DNA of 64,000 bases from a virus (taxonomy: Duplodnaviria > Caudoviricetes): IMG/VR virus record IMGVR_UViG_3300008259_003073. The stretch is one strand, 5' to 3'. Position 1 is the stretch's first letter, and every line of letters starts with the position of its first letter. The notes under the pieces were generated by a model. That model was not told the DNA's origin, searched no databases, and was given only the letters and a program-made list of their open reading frames with translations. Both the position numbers and the translations under genes were made by a program. This document shows, one piece after another, positions 1 through 10,070 of the stretch.

Positions 1-11
1 TTTCATATTAG

Positions 12-554
12 TTAGTTTTCGTAGTATAATGCAGGCCATTCAACAATAATATGAACCCCTCCTTCATTATACGCATTTGTGTATATCTTATAAATATCGT
101 TTGGATTTTTTAATTCCCAAATTTTTGTAAATTGTAATATAGATTTGAATTCTTGTGTATAATCGTTTCTATGTTGAATGCCTGGGTCTAATGGATTGGT
201 GCTTCCTACACCTACTCTAATTATAATATTTGCATTTTTACCAGTCATGTTTTCAAACTTATCAGCATGATTTATTAACTGATTTGCCGCAGATACTAAA
301 AAATCCCATCGTGGATAGAATGATATAACGGTTTTTCCTGTAATTGCCAATCCTAAACTGATTCCCATTTGAGTTTCTTCCATAACAGGTAGCTCAATCA
401 TTTTTTCTTTTGGTACTTCCGTTAAGGTTGTACTCATTGGATTTCCAGCATAAACTATTTGTTGTCCAATGAAGATTGTATCTTCTTTTTGGGCAAGAAA
501 TGTCATTGCTTTGGATAATTCATCTTTATACGGAGATGTTTGTGGAGTACTCAT
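12..554 (-). CDS. ThDP-dependent enzyme beta subunit (PDH E1-beta/transketolase pyrimidine-binding domain only)
   Basis: IFIGQ, IELPVMEETQMG, YPRWDF, NQLINH and IIRVGVGS...QH motifs; 180 aa, lacks the transketolase C-terminal domain. Confidence 0.8.
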   Translation of the reverse strand: MSTPQTSPYKDELSKAMTFLAQKEDTIFIGQQIVYAGNPMSTTLTEVPKEKMIELPVMEETQMGISLGLAITGKTVISFYPRWDFLVSAANQLINHADKFENMTGKNANIIIRVGVGSTNPLDPGIQHRNDYTQEFKSILQFTKIWELKNPNDIYKIYTNAYNEGGVHIIVEWPALYYEN

Positions 555-555
555 A

Positions 556-1683
556 TTATTTGTTTAAATGATTAAAATTATGACCTATGCAAATCTTATC
601 GTTTACAAGGGTATGATTATTTATTTTATTTAGTTCTTCTAAAAATTCAGGAAACAATTCATGCTCTTCATTAAATACCTGTAATTCTTTTAATGTATCC
701 GAATCATAGGTTCCCCAATCTACTAATTGTCTATAATTTATGTCCAAATGAAATGTTGAATCTTTAAATATATTGGTTACTAATTCATAAAACGCAAACA
801 TTTCTTTGTAATTGTGTTTACTCACAACCATAGAAACAATAAACCATCCTATTGTATCAACAGTTGATAAAAACTTTAGATTTTTAATTAACCTATCCCA
901 ATTACCATTTAATCTCGTTTTATTTTCATAGGTATCTTTTGTAGCAGCATCTATACTAACTTCAATTGTTTTGATGTAAGGACTTGCTTTCATTTGATTC
1001 CACAATTTTTCATCTAATAAATTACCATTTGTAATTATTTGCAATTGTTCTAAATTAGGATATTTAGATATGTCAAAATTTATTAAATAATCTCTATAAA
1101 TTTTTGAATAAAATGGGTCTCCACTACCTGTTATCATAATTCTTTTTAGATTACTCGCAAAGTTATCTTCTATAGATTTTAGTAAATGTAGTTTTGCGTT
1201 ATGTTGTGGTGATTCTAAATTATCATTTGGAATTAGAGATATTCTACAAGATGGGCATTTTAAATTGCAACTTCTATCAAACCCAAATAAAATTTCTTCT
1301 GGTGAAGTTTTAAAATTTACAATATCTTCTTCTGTGTGGATATTGTATACTTCTCTAAATTCTTCAATTTTCCTAAAAAAATATGGGGTTCTATCAGTAT
1401 TTATTAGTTCATTTAATCTTGGACATATCGTATGGTCGCAATATTTATAGCTACCGTCTAAAACGGATTTACGAATATTTTGTGCCCGTACTGATGTCCA
1501 ATTTCTCATTACATCATCGGTTTCATCTACTGGAAACCAATTTTCATTTCCATTAGAATCTACTCTGATATTGTGTGGTGCCCAAGATGGGCAACACACA
1601 AATTGAGATACAGTTTGTACATCGGAATACATAAATGGCATTTCACAAACGTATTTTTTAAGTATCTCTTTTTTATCATTCAT
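556..1683 (-). CDS. Radical SAM protein with N-terminal Cys-rich (twitch/SPASM-like) segment
   Basis: CNLKCPSC cluster motif; TGSGDPF, TNG, SIDAAT; N-terminal CEMPF..CCPSW..YCDHTICP; paralog of 62239..63288. Confidence 0.85.
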   Translation of the reverse strand: MNDKKEILKKYVCEMPFMYSDVQTVSQFVCCPSWAPHNIRVDSNGNENWFPVDETDDVMRNWTSVRAQNIRKSVLDGSYKYCDHTICPRLNELINTDRTPYFFRKIEEFREVYNIHTEEDIVNFKTSPEEILFGFDRSCNLKCPSCRISLIPNDNLESPQHNAKLHLLKSIEDNFASNLKRIMITGSGDPFYSKIYRDYLINFDISKYPNLEQLQIITNGNLLDEKLWNQMKASPYIKTIEVSIDAATKDTYENKTRLNGNWDRLIKNLKFLSTVDTIGWFIVSMVVSKHNYKEMFAFYELVTNIFKDSTFHLDINYRQLVDWGTYDSDTLKELQVFNEEHELFPEFLEELNKINNHTLVNDKICIGHNFNHLNK

Positions 1684-2675
1684 TATGGTTTCGAATTTGG
1701 ATTGTATTGATGTTTGTTTGTTTTATACCACTCAATGGTTTCTTTTAGAGCTTGTTTTAAATCTCTTTTTGGTTTCCAACCCAAATCATTAATCTTTTTA
1801 GAAGATAATAATCGAATCGGAATCATTGGTGCTTTATTATTTACATACTCAATAGGATTAGTGTTTCCATCTAATTCTTTAATTGTGGCAAGTGTTTCGT
1901 TTACTGTAAATCCTTCACCATAACATACATTGAAAATATCATATGTATCATTGTTCTCTGCAACAAAGATAAAACCATCTGCCATATCTTCAACGTGCAA
2001 CAAATCTCTCACTTCTGTTCCATCCCCCCAAACAGGAATAGGATTCAATCCATCTGCTACTTTACGGATGTTAGCAGGAGTAACGTGACACTTTTCGTAA
2101 TCAAATTTATCATTTGGTCCGAATGCATTAGATGGTCTAACAATCAAACATTGCATTGGTTCGTGAATCTGATTAGAAAAGAAATCACATAACATCTCAC
2201 CATACCGTTTCATACCACCAACTGCTTTGTAAACTGGTAACATTGGAGTTGCGTGTACATTTATATCTTCAGTACAAAATTCAGTACCCATATCTGGATA
2301 TGTTGTATTTGATGAAATAAATAAGAATTTACGAACTTTATTTTTCCAACTTTGTTCCATTAAATTCGTATTCATCTCCACATTTGGAGTGACGTGAAGT
2401 AATGGATTGAATTTGGTATCCAACGCGTTTGATGTATTTGCTGCACAATGGAATACTACATCTACATCTTTACTAACCAACTCACAAAACTCTGCAGTTT
2501 GTAAATCTCCTTTAATGTGTTCTACATTTTCAGTACCTTCGAAATCGTTTCTTAAATCTCTACTAAATGAGGTTGAGCGTAGGTTTTTGTACCCCTTTTC
2601 CCAAAGTAATCTTAATAAATGTGAACCAATAAATCCACTTGCACCTGTAACTAAAATCTTGTCTGTTTTTTTCAT
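1683..2675 (-). CDS. NAD(P)-dependent nucleotide-sugar epimerase/reductase, GDP-L-fucose synthase-like SDR
   Basis: TGASGFIG Rossmann motif; RPSNAFGPND, HVTPA, WGDG..VRD.LHV.D. Confidence 0.85.
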   Translation of the reverse strand: MKKTDKILVTGASGFIGSHLLRLLWEKGYKNLRSTSFSRDLRNDFEGTENVEHIKGDLQTAEFCELVSKDVDVVFHCAANTSNALDTKFNPLLHVTPNVEMNTNLMEQSWKNKVRKFLFISSNTTYPDMGTEFCTEDINVHATPMLPVYKAVGGMKRYGEMLCDFFSNQIHEPMQCLIVRPSNAFGPNDKFDYEKCHVTPANIRKVADGLNPIPVWGDGTEVRDLLHVEDMADGFIFVAENNDTYDIFNVCYGEGFTVNETLATIKELDGNTNPIEYVNNKAPMIPIRLLSSKKINDLGWKPKRDLKQALKETIEWYKTNKHQYNPNSKP

Positions 2676-2683
2676 AACTTTTT

Positions 2684-3727
2684 TTATTTAAATATATCCC
2701 ATTTTAAAACTACATCATTTACAAATTTATGAGTTAATATGGATGATGTGTGTCCATACCAACTTCTTTCTAAATACTTTTTTTGTTCCTCAATACTCAT
2801 ACCGTTCATCTCTCTCCATAAAACTTTTGGCAGATTATCTTTCTCCAATTCGAAATTAAAATTTCTTATACTCCATTCTATTATTCCTCCGTATAAAGAT
2901 ACTAAATTTTCTTCAAAAAACCAAAAATATCTACTAAAATCTATCTTATCTGCATAAGTTTTTACATACGCATTATCAAATTCTAATTGTTTTTGTTCCC
3001 AAGTATTACAAATATCTTTATTTTCAATTATACACTCATAAACTGATTTATTGGTTGGTGTATGATAATATGGTGGGGTTCTACCTTCTCTTAAATAATT
3101 TTTAGAAAAGTTATTACTCATATTAAAAAACTTTATTTTTGTAATTCCATTTATTTCTAAAAAGTTGAGCAATAATAAAATATATTCGAACCATTCAAAA
3201 TATCTTTCATTATAAGTCATAACTTTATCCAACCATTCAAATGTAACTGGGTCTATATTAATAGGATTTTTGGTTGGATTGAAACCACCAGTTAAATGAA
3301 AATAACCATGTTCGTATTCTGTTGTTTTATCTTTACCACCTATTAAGTAATCACTGGTATGTACCCAGCTATCATTTTGTTTAATATAACTGATTGCAGG
3401 GTTTTTGTTAGATTCATATTTTTCAGGTGAAATAAAAAATGAATTTCGTGTCAGAGTTGTCCATTGAGCAACTACCGATATATCATTTGGGTTTACACCT
3501 TGCTTTAATAAATCAGAAACTTTGTAAATAATAGAACGAGCAATTGTTTTATTATCATGTGTAATAGTTCCATAATTATGTAATGTGTGTGTATCTTTTA
3601 ATTTTTCTTGCAACCAATTGGCCCAAGTCCAATTTTCTATCGGGTCTCGTTCCCATCTTCTTTCATCACCAATATTAATTCTAAAATTGTTAGTAAATGA
3701 ACAACCTGATACTACTATATGTTTCAT
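2684..3727 (-). CDS. SGNH/GDSL-like hydrolase or acyltransferase
   Basis: VVSGCSFT block I motif; C-terminal YGH. Confidence 0.55.
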   Translation of the reverse strand: MKHIVVSGCSFTNNFRINIGDERRWERDPIENWTWANWLQEKLKDTHTLHNYGTITHDNKTIARSIIYKVSDLLKQGVNPNDISVVAQWTTLTRNSFFISPEKYESNKNPAISYIKQNDSWVHTSDYLIGGKDKTTEYEHGYFHLTGGFNPTKNPINIDPVTFEWLDKVMTYNERYFEWFEYILLLLNFLEINGITKIKFFNMSNNFSKNYLREGRTPPYYHTPTNKSVYECIIENKDICNTWEQKQLEFDNAYVKTYADKIDFSRYFWFFEENLVSLYGGIIEWSIRNFNFELEKDNLPKVLWREMNGMSIEEQKKYLERSWYGHTSSILTHKFVNDVVLKWDIFK

Positions 3728-4440
3728 ATATAATTTAATGTTTGTAATTTATTTGATAGAAAATTTGCCCACATTTCATGTCCTTCTTTATTAGGATGTT
3801 CATTTTCAGTTGTTTTAGTGTATCCACCAAATGTTTCTTTTAAAAAATTTGGATAATTTGATATTTCATTATCTGAAATCATGCAGTTATCCCATCCAAA
3901 AAAGTGCAAATGTTTATAACCATTTAATTCCAAATATGCATATAGTGATTTTATATAATTTTTTGTTTTATTTATTTGATATTCTGTATCTAAAAAATAT
4001 CTTATAAATCTTTGAAAATCATTATCATATAATTCTATTAATTTTTTTCTGTCTTCATCCGTTCTATTATAATCTATATTTTCATTCATTACAAATTTAG
4101 TAAAATTCCCATAAAAATTTACATCTTTTAGTATTTTATCTGCCGATGCGTGTAATGCGTTTGGTATTGTAAAATACCAGTTCTTATTATTGTGTGTTGT
4201 AATAAGTTCTGTACGAATATAATTCGTCCATTGAATTATTAATACATCTTCTTTTTTAAATTCTTCATTTAAAATATAAAATACTTTTCTAAAAACATAA
4301 TCGTTGGATGCTCCACAATTTCCAAAGTTATAACAATCTACTTTATGTTTTTCAGAAAGTAATTTTGTATAATTTTCTATTTCACAATTTTCTAACCCCT
4401 GACCTTCTGTAAACGAGCATCCAACGGAATATAATTTCAT
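3724..4440 (-). CDS. SGNH/GDSL-like hydrolase or acyltransferase
   Basis: VGCSFT, NFGNCGASND, EHPNKEGH. Confidence 0.65.
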   Translation of the reverse strand: MKLYSVGCSFTEGQGLENCEIENYTKLLSEKHKVDCYNFGNCGASNDYVFRKVFYILNEEFKKEDVLIIQWTNYIRTELITTHNNKNWYFTIPNALHASADKILKDVNFYGNFTKFVMNENIDYNRTDEDRKKLIELYDNDFQRFIRYFLDTEYQINKTKNYIKSLYAYLELNGYKHLHFFGWDNCMISDNEISNYPNFLKETFGGYTKTTENEHPNKEGHEMWANFLSNKLQTLNYI

Positions 4441-5438
4441 TACAATCTACTTTTGTATTCTAAAATTGATTTTGTTAAACCTTCTTTCAAAGATGTTTGT
4501 GGTAAAATTCCATATTTTTTTTGCTTATCAGCTCCTAAACATCTAATTGGGTCACCATTTGTTTTGGTTTCATCCCATACTATGTTTTTAGTTTTGCCTG
4601 TAATTTCGGTATAACACTCGACAATGGTTTCAATTGTATCTTTGATACTTACTGCTTCTGCACATCCAAAGTTGATAATATCCCTAACTTCTTTTTTAAC
4701 AACATCAATCGATGCCTGTGCAACATCATCTCCAAATACAAAATCCCTTTTAGATGAACCATTACCCCAACAAACCATATCATCACCTTCTACATTGAAT
4801 AGTTTCCAAATGTTAGATGATATTACAGTTGCATCTTGTGCAAAGTTATCGTTTGTTCCGTAGATATTTGAAGGTCTGATTACAGTCCAATTATCCCAAC
4901 CATACTGAACTCTCAATGAATCCAAAGTAAGTTCTCCCATTCTTTTTGTCCAACCTGGATGCCAATCTAAACGAGATGGAGTTGATGCCCAAGTTTCTTC
5001 CTGATTCCATGTATCTTCTTCGTTCATTATATCTGCTGGTCTATAAACCCCAACCGATGAAAGATACACAAACCAATCAACTTTGGCATCAAACGATGCT
5101 TTAATCATATTGGTGTTAAACATCAACATTGGGAATAGATAATCAGCAGGACAAGTTGATGACCTTGCTGGTGAACCTTTTACTCCTGCGATATGTAATA
5201 CAATATTAATATCATCTAACTTAAATAAATTCTCACAATGTGAAAGATATGTTAAATCGGTTTTAACCAATTCCAATCTATCTGTGTATTGTGCTTTTAA
5301 GAAGTTTAAATTTTCACTAAATTTAAGGTCTACTGCATATACTTTATCAGCTCCTTCTTCTAAACATTTTCTAACGGTTGGTAATCCTACCAACCCATTT
5401 GCTCCTGTAACCAGAACGGTTTTTCCTTTTAATTCCAT
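4440..5438 (-). CDS. NAD(P)-dependent nucleotide-sugar epimerase/reductase, GDP-L-fucose synthase-like SDR
   Basis: TGANGLVG, RPSNIYG.NDNF, WGNGS.KRDFVF. Confidence 0.85.
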   Translation of the reverse strand: MELKGKTVLVTGANGLVGLPTVRKCLEEGADKVYAVDLKFSENLNFLKAQYTDRLELVKTDLTYLSHCENLFKLDDINIVLHIAGVKGSPARSSTCPADYLFPMLMFNTNMIKASFDAKVDWFVYLSSVGVYRPADIMNEEDTWNQEETWASTPSRLDWHPGWTKRMGELTLDSLRVQYGWDNWTVIRPSNIYGTNDNFAQDATVISSNIWKLFNVEGDDMVCWGNGSSKRDFVFGDDVAQASIDVVKKEVRDIINFGCAEAVSIKDTIETIVECYTEITGKTKNIVWDETKTNGDPIRCLGADKQKKYGILPQTSLKEGLTKSILEYKSRL

Positions 5439-5445
5439 TTTATTT

Positions 5446-6876
5446 TTATTTTGTTGTGTAATCTATTTTTATTTTTTCAAATATTTCATCAAAACACTCA
5501 TAGTTTTCAAATGAGTATATATGCTTTTGGTTATATAATAATATATCAATTATTGAATAATACCAATTATGTAATTCCTCAATTGGCATGTTTTTTAGTT
5601 TAATTAATTCTTTTTCTAAAAGTAACATTCGCTTTTTAGGGTCTTTTTCTAAATCATAACTTTCATCTATAAATGGTTCAAAGGTTTTAAACCCTAATCT
5701 CCGTAATTCTGCTAATGTTAAATAATCCCCAAATACTAAAAATGGTTGTAAATTTGATATTGGTTTAAATATTTTTTCTGAAAGGAATACGTTTGGTCCA
5801 AAGAATGTTTCGGTTACTAAATGAAAATATGAATTTGCGTACCATTCTTTTTTATTATTTCTAACTCCAAATGCTCTTTTTTTATCAGATGGCAATTCCT
5901 TTGTATCATCTTCATAAGGTAATAATTTCTCTAATTCAGATGTATATTTTTCAACATTTTCCTCCGTATCCTCATATACTTTATTTACAATATTTTTTAA
6001 TATATTTTTTTCTAATTTTTCAATAAATGTAAATAATCCATCTTTTAATAAATCGTATTTTAGTGCAAAATATCCCAACATAGTTCTTTGTGGTTTATTC
6101 ATTGTTCTATTTGGGGATAAAAATTTATGTTTTCTAATTTTAGTGGAATCTAAATCTTTTTCTTCAAGTAACTCACACAAATATCCCAAATTACCAATCA
6201 TTGGAAATGAATTTATTTCATCGGCATATCCTCTTATAAATAAATGCCCATTATATATTTTTATTTTACTATCAGGATATATTTCATAGTATTCCGAAAA
6301 TTTACTTCCTCCTAAAATTATGATATTAGAAGCATCTACTCCTAATTCATTTAATTGGATTTCAAATTGTTGTATATTGTGTGAATCATATAAAGGGTCA
6401 TGTATCATATTTACTAATATTTTTACTTTGCCCGATTTAATTAAATCAAATAATTCAGGTTCTATAATGTCTTTTAAAAACCAAGTATATTCTGTATCAT
6501 TTAACAAAAAACTGTTTTTATTATGTAGTGCAGAAAGTGTATCTTTTATTTCTAATGGATATACATAAATGAAATCATCATCTTTAATTTGATTAAATGA
6601 TATTATATTTTTAGGAAAATTTCTAGAAAAATAATTAAACAATTCCGAATGGTCGAATTTTATACCCTTTTGTTCTGATTTATATTGTAGTATTTCATAC
6701 CAATCTATTTTTAAATTGTTTTTTAAAACATATTGAATAAATTTAGTAATAACAGGATGCATTCCATTACCAAATGGCTTGAGTTGACCGTGGTCAATAT
6801 ACCAATCGGTATATATCATTTTAAAATTTGAACCATGTATTGCATTCATATTAATATCTGTATATTTTTTTAACAT
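5446..6876 (-). CDS. Putative glycosyltransferase with GT10 (fucosyltransferase)-like C-terminal motif
   Basis: YFHLVTETF..FLSEKIFKPI..PFLVFG..LGFKTF..DESYD resembles GT10 F.LAFENS..YITEK..PIV.G; paralogs at 21027 and 23566. Confidence 0.45.
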   Translation of the reverse strand: MLKKYTDINMNAIHGSNFKMIYTDWYIDHGQLKPFGNGMHPVITKFIQYVLKNNLKIDWYEILQYKSEQKGIKFDHSELFNYFSRNFPKNIISFNQIKDDDFIYVYPLEIKDTLSALHNKNSFLLNDTEYTWFLKDIIEPELFDLIKSGKVKILVNMIHDPLYDSHNIQQFEIQLNELGVDASNIIILGGSKFSEYYEIYPDSKIKIYNGHLFIRGYADEINSFPMIGNLGYLCELLEEKDLDSTKIRKHKFLSPNRTMNKPQRTMLGYFALKYDLLKDGLFTFIEKLEKNILKNIVNKVYEDTEENVEKYTSELEKLLPYEDDTKELPSDKKRAFGVRNNKKEWYANSYFHLVTETFFGPNVFLSEKIFKPISNLQPFLVFGDYLTLAELRRLGFKTFEPFIDESYDLEKDPKKRMLLLEKELIKLKNMPIEELHNWYYSIIDILLYNQKHIYSFENYECFDEIFEKIKIDYTTK

Positions 6877-7810
6877 TATTTCCTACATAATTGTTATCGT
6901 GAAAGAAACTTTCAAATAACAATTCATTTTTTATATAATCTTTAGTACACATTAAATTAAAAATATTATCTGAAATTTCTGGTGATAGATTATAATTTAT
7001 ATTAGCATTCAGCATATCATTTACGAAATTTTTAATTCCATCTACTATTTTTATTTTATCACTAAAGTATTTTTGATTTTCTGTATCGTTTTCGTTTATA
7101 AACTCACCATTAACAATATCGATATATGTTCCAACTTTATCGGTAAATACTGATTCAAAGAATATGATATTGTTTTTAAAATTACATTTTTCAAAATCAT
7201 AAAAACCTTTTGTATTTTTCAAATCTATATTTCCTTTATAGGTCATATACCTGCCTTTCAAATCCAAATCAAATGTTTTTTGTAAATAATATTGAGTAGT
7301 ACCTTGATAACCACTATCTACCATATATACATTTTTACATTCTCCAATCGTATTATTAATATATTTTCTATACGAATCTCTTAATACCTTTGATTTACCC
7401 AATATATCTGGAGCACATAAATTTAAATTTGGTAATCTATTTGAAGTATCAATTTGAATATCATTTTCAATAATGTAATTTATTTGAAATCTATCTTTAA
7501 GTAATTCGGATAAATTACCTTGGTATCTATGTAAATTAAATGATTCATAAACATCATATTCAGATACAAACGAAGATAGTGATGCCAATTTTCTTGATGT
7601 TTTAAAATAAACTGAATTTGGTAAATTATATTTTATTTTAAAATCTTGATATAATTGATTAAGAAAATATCCTTCTCGTGAGTTAAATAAAATCAAATCA
7701 CCGTCTTTTACTTCATCTTTTAACCAATTAAAATAATTAAATACTAATGGTCCAAAAAAGATATAACCAAGTTCTTCCAATGATTCTGGATTTTTAACAA
7801 TGTGGTCCAT
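6851..7810 (-). CDS. Putative glycan phosphoribosyltransferase (ribofuranosyltransferase gPRT-like domain)
   Basis: LGY..FGPL..WL, LFNSREGY, YFKTSR and a PRPP-binding-like VDSGYQGTTQ loop. Confidence 0.55.
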   Translation of the reverse strand: MDHIVKNPESLEELGYIFFGPLVFNYFNWLKDEVKDGDLILFNSREGYFLNQLYQDFKIKYNLPNSVYFKTSRKLASLSSFVSEYDVYESFNLHRYQGNLSELLKDRFQINYIIENDIQIDTSNRLPNLNLCAPDILGKSKVLRDSYRKYINNTIGECKNVYMVDSGYQGTTQYYLQKTFDLDLKGRYMTYKGNIDLKNTKGFYDFEKCNFKNNIIFFESVFTDKVGTYIDIVNGEFINENDTENQKYFSDKIKIVDGIKNFVNDMLNANINYNLSPEISDNIFNLMCTKDYIKNELLFESFFHDNNYVGNNVKKIYRY

Positions 7811-8241
7811 TATAAATAAACTTTAAATGAAGGTATACCAAGTGAATTCCACAAATCAATTATTTCTTGTTTATCATCAAATGCACAAAACACATCATCT
7901 TTGATAAAATCATTGTACATTTTTCGTTTTAATTCTACATCTTTAATATAATGATTTTCTTCACCTCTCATAAACAATCCATCATATTTAATCCCATATA
8001 TTTCTAACCAATCCTGTGTAGAATTAAGTATCATTCGTGGTCTACTAGTTAGTATATAAATCCCATAATCATTATATAGGTGATTTATAATATCAATCAT
8101 AGGTGCGTTTGGTTTATCTGATATTACATTTTTATAATCATATAAAACATCCCAATCGATACTACCATCAGATTTAGTTGCAAGTGCATACCTCTTTTTA
8201 TTTATTGAAAGAGTATTATCTATATCTACTATAACAATCAT
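7810..8241 (-). CDS. HAD-family phosphatase (T4 PNKP phosphatase-domain-like)
   Basis: DIDNT motif I, LTSR motif II, LFMR, K, FDD motif IV; TAATG overlap with the next gene. Confidence 0.8.
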   Translation of the reverse strand: MIVIVDIDNTLSINKKRYALATKSDGSIDWDVLYDYKNVISDKPNAPMIDIINHLYNDYGIYILTSRPRMILNSTQDWLEIYGIKYDGLFMRGEENHYIKDVELKRKMYNDFIKDDVFCAFDDKQEIIDLWNSLGIPSFKVYL

Positions 8242-9437
8242 TTTCGTAAACCTTGTTCTTTATAAGTTACTGGTATTTTAATACCAGTATTACACCCATT
8301 ACAATTATCACAAAATGTGATGTATCCAAGTTCGGTAAATCCCAAATCAAACTTAATTAAATCTTTGGGGTATACTTCTGATAAATTTACATAATCATTT
8401 TCGTTTGGTGAAAACAATTTAGTTAGAACTGCGCTTGTATTAAGGTGACAATAATAAAACTTGCCATCATTCAATCCTCTAAATGGAGCAGTGCAACTAT
8501 CAAAGTGATTTATGAGTTCTTCTTCACTCATATTATTTTTAATTCTCAAATCACCAAAATCATACCACTCGATATTATTCCTTACATAGTGATTGATATT
8601 TTTCTCTTGGTAAGTTCCTAAAACTCTATCAACTTTACTTTTTAATTTTTCTAATTTATTAGAGTAATTACTTACACTTAAAATAACATTATTATTTTTT
8701 AACACTTCTAGTATTTCTTCTTTTGGGAGGACTGTACCATTAGTGGTTATTATAAACTTATCAATCTTATCTGAATACTTTTCTAAAATGTATTCGATTA
8801 CATCTTTGATATTTGGGTGTAAAAACGGCTCTCCACCAACTAAATGGAAAATACTTACATAATCAACAAGATTAAAATATAAGTCAATATCATTTAAGAT
8901 AGTTTGAGTATCTCTGTGTTTTGGTAGTTCGTAATGTGGTATAAACATATTACAAAACGAACACGCCAAATTACATTTTTCAGTCACCAATACATCTGTT
9001 TGAAATATGTGAACCTTTTGTTTGTGTATAAATGGCCAAATAGATGCAATGTTTTTATACCAAGTATATTTTACATTTAGTTTATCTAAATATTCTTTAT
9101 AGTATTGTCTATACTCATCTGATGTGATAATTACATTTTCACCAGTTGGTTCAAAGTTATCTATATGAACTAATTTTAAATTCTCACGAGTGTTGACGAG
9201 GTTTTTTGATTGATGATAAAATGAACTAATTTCGTTTACATTCAATATAGTTGATTCATCTTTAACATCGTGGTCAACTATGTATTTTATTTTTAAAACA
9301 TTATTACCCAACAAATAATCTACACTTCTAATAAATTGGACACACTCTTTACTTGCACCGAATAGAACATATTCGGTTTCAGTATCCCATTCTTGGATAA
9401 ATTTCTCAAAATTATGTAGATTAGGATTATATTTCAT
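8238..9437 (-). CDS. Radical SAM protein with N-terminal Rossmann-like fragment and C-terminal twitch-like Cys cluster
   Basis: CNLACSFC, GGEPFLHP, TTNG; C-terminal DSC..YYCH..CDNCNGC. Confidence 0.85.
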   Translation of the reverse strand: MKYNPNLHNFEKFIQEWDTETEYVLFGASKECVQFIRSVDYLLGNNVLKIKYIVDHDVKDESTILNVNEISSFYHQSKNLVNTRENLKLVHIDNFEPTGENVIITSDEYRQYYKEYLDKLNVKYTWYKNIASIWPFIHKQKVHIFQTDVLVTEKCNLACSFCNMFIPHYELPKHRDTQTILNDIDLYFNLVDYVSIFHLVGGEPFLHPNIKDVIEYILEKYSDKIDKFIITTNGTVLPKEEILEVLKNNNVILSVSNYSNKLEKLKSKVDRVLGTYQEKNINHYVRNNIEWYDFGDLRIKNNMSEEELINHFDSCTAPFRGLNDGKFYYCHLNTSAVLTKLFSPNENDYVNLSEVYPKDLIKFDLGFTELGYITFCDNCNGCNTGIKIPVTYKEQGLRK

Positions 9438-9440
9438 ATA

Positions 9441-10070
9441 TTAAAATACTACCCATTTACCACTTCCGTAGTGCGGATACTTTGATTTATATTTGTAGTG
9501 AATTACATCGGATGGAATATCTTTCTTTTTATTCCAAGTTGCTTCCGTTGGTGTGTAAGTTGAAACATCATTATCTTCAACTATAAAATGTAAAGGTAAA
9601 TCAAAATTTCTAGCGTATTTATGAACTTCATAGAATATACCACTCTCAAAACTCATATCTCCTATAAATACCCAAACCTTTTCATCACTACCTTTGGCCT
9701 TAATTCCCATTGCTACACCCAATGCAATAGAAAGAGTTCCACCTACAATTGCGGATGAATAAAACTTCTCATCTATCTTACAAAGAGTTATAGATTTACC
9801 ATCAAGTATTTCATCGGTAATCCATTGTGGAGATATTCCTTTTAATAAAGCATGGTAGTGAGACCTCCAAGTTGAAAACACCCAATCGTTTTTAGATATT
9901 CTTTTGAATACCTCTATTAGTTGTTCTTCATTTCCGTTTGATAAGTGAATTGGTCCTCTGATTTTACCATCTTCCCAGTTTTGAACTATATCATTCTCAA
10001 ACTGAATGAGTTCTTCTGCATTCCAATTATGTTCTCTAACTATTGGATATTGTTCTAAATTTTGTATCAT
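9441..10070 (-). CDS. ThDP-dependent enzyme alpha subunit (PDH E1-alpha-like, minimal)
   Basis: GPIHLSNG, STWRSHYH, SAIVGG, ThDP-binding GDM...EDN motif. Confidence 0.8.
   Translation of the reverse strand: MIQNLEQYPIVREHNWNAEELIQFENDIVQNWEDGKIRGPIHLSNGNEEQLIEVFKRISKNDWVFSTWRSHYHALLKGISPQWITDEILDGKSITLCKIDEKFYSSAIVGGTLSIALGVAMGIKAKGSDEKVWVFIGDMSFESGIFYEVHKYARNFDLPLHFIVEDNDVSTYTPTEATWNKKKDIPSDVIHYKYKSKYPHYGSGKWVVF

Noticed and set aside
89-1449. ATATTTATA copies at 89-97 and 1441-1449
   Set aside because: Inside coding sequence, and the second is antisense; expected by chance at this AT content
9441-10070. Calling the ThDP pair a pyruvate dehydrogenase metabolic gene
   Set aside because: Both subunits are truncated, no E2/E3 is present, and the context is nucleotide-sugar synthesis
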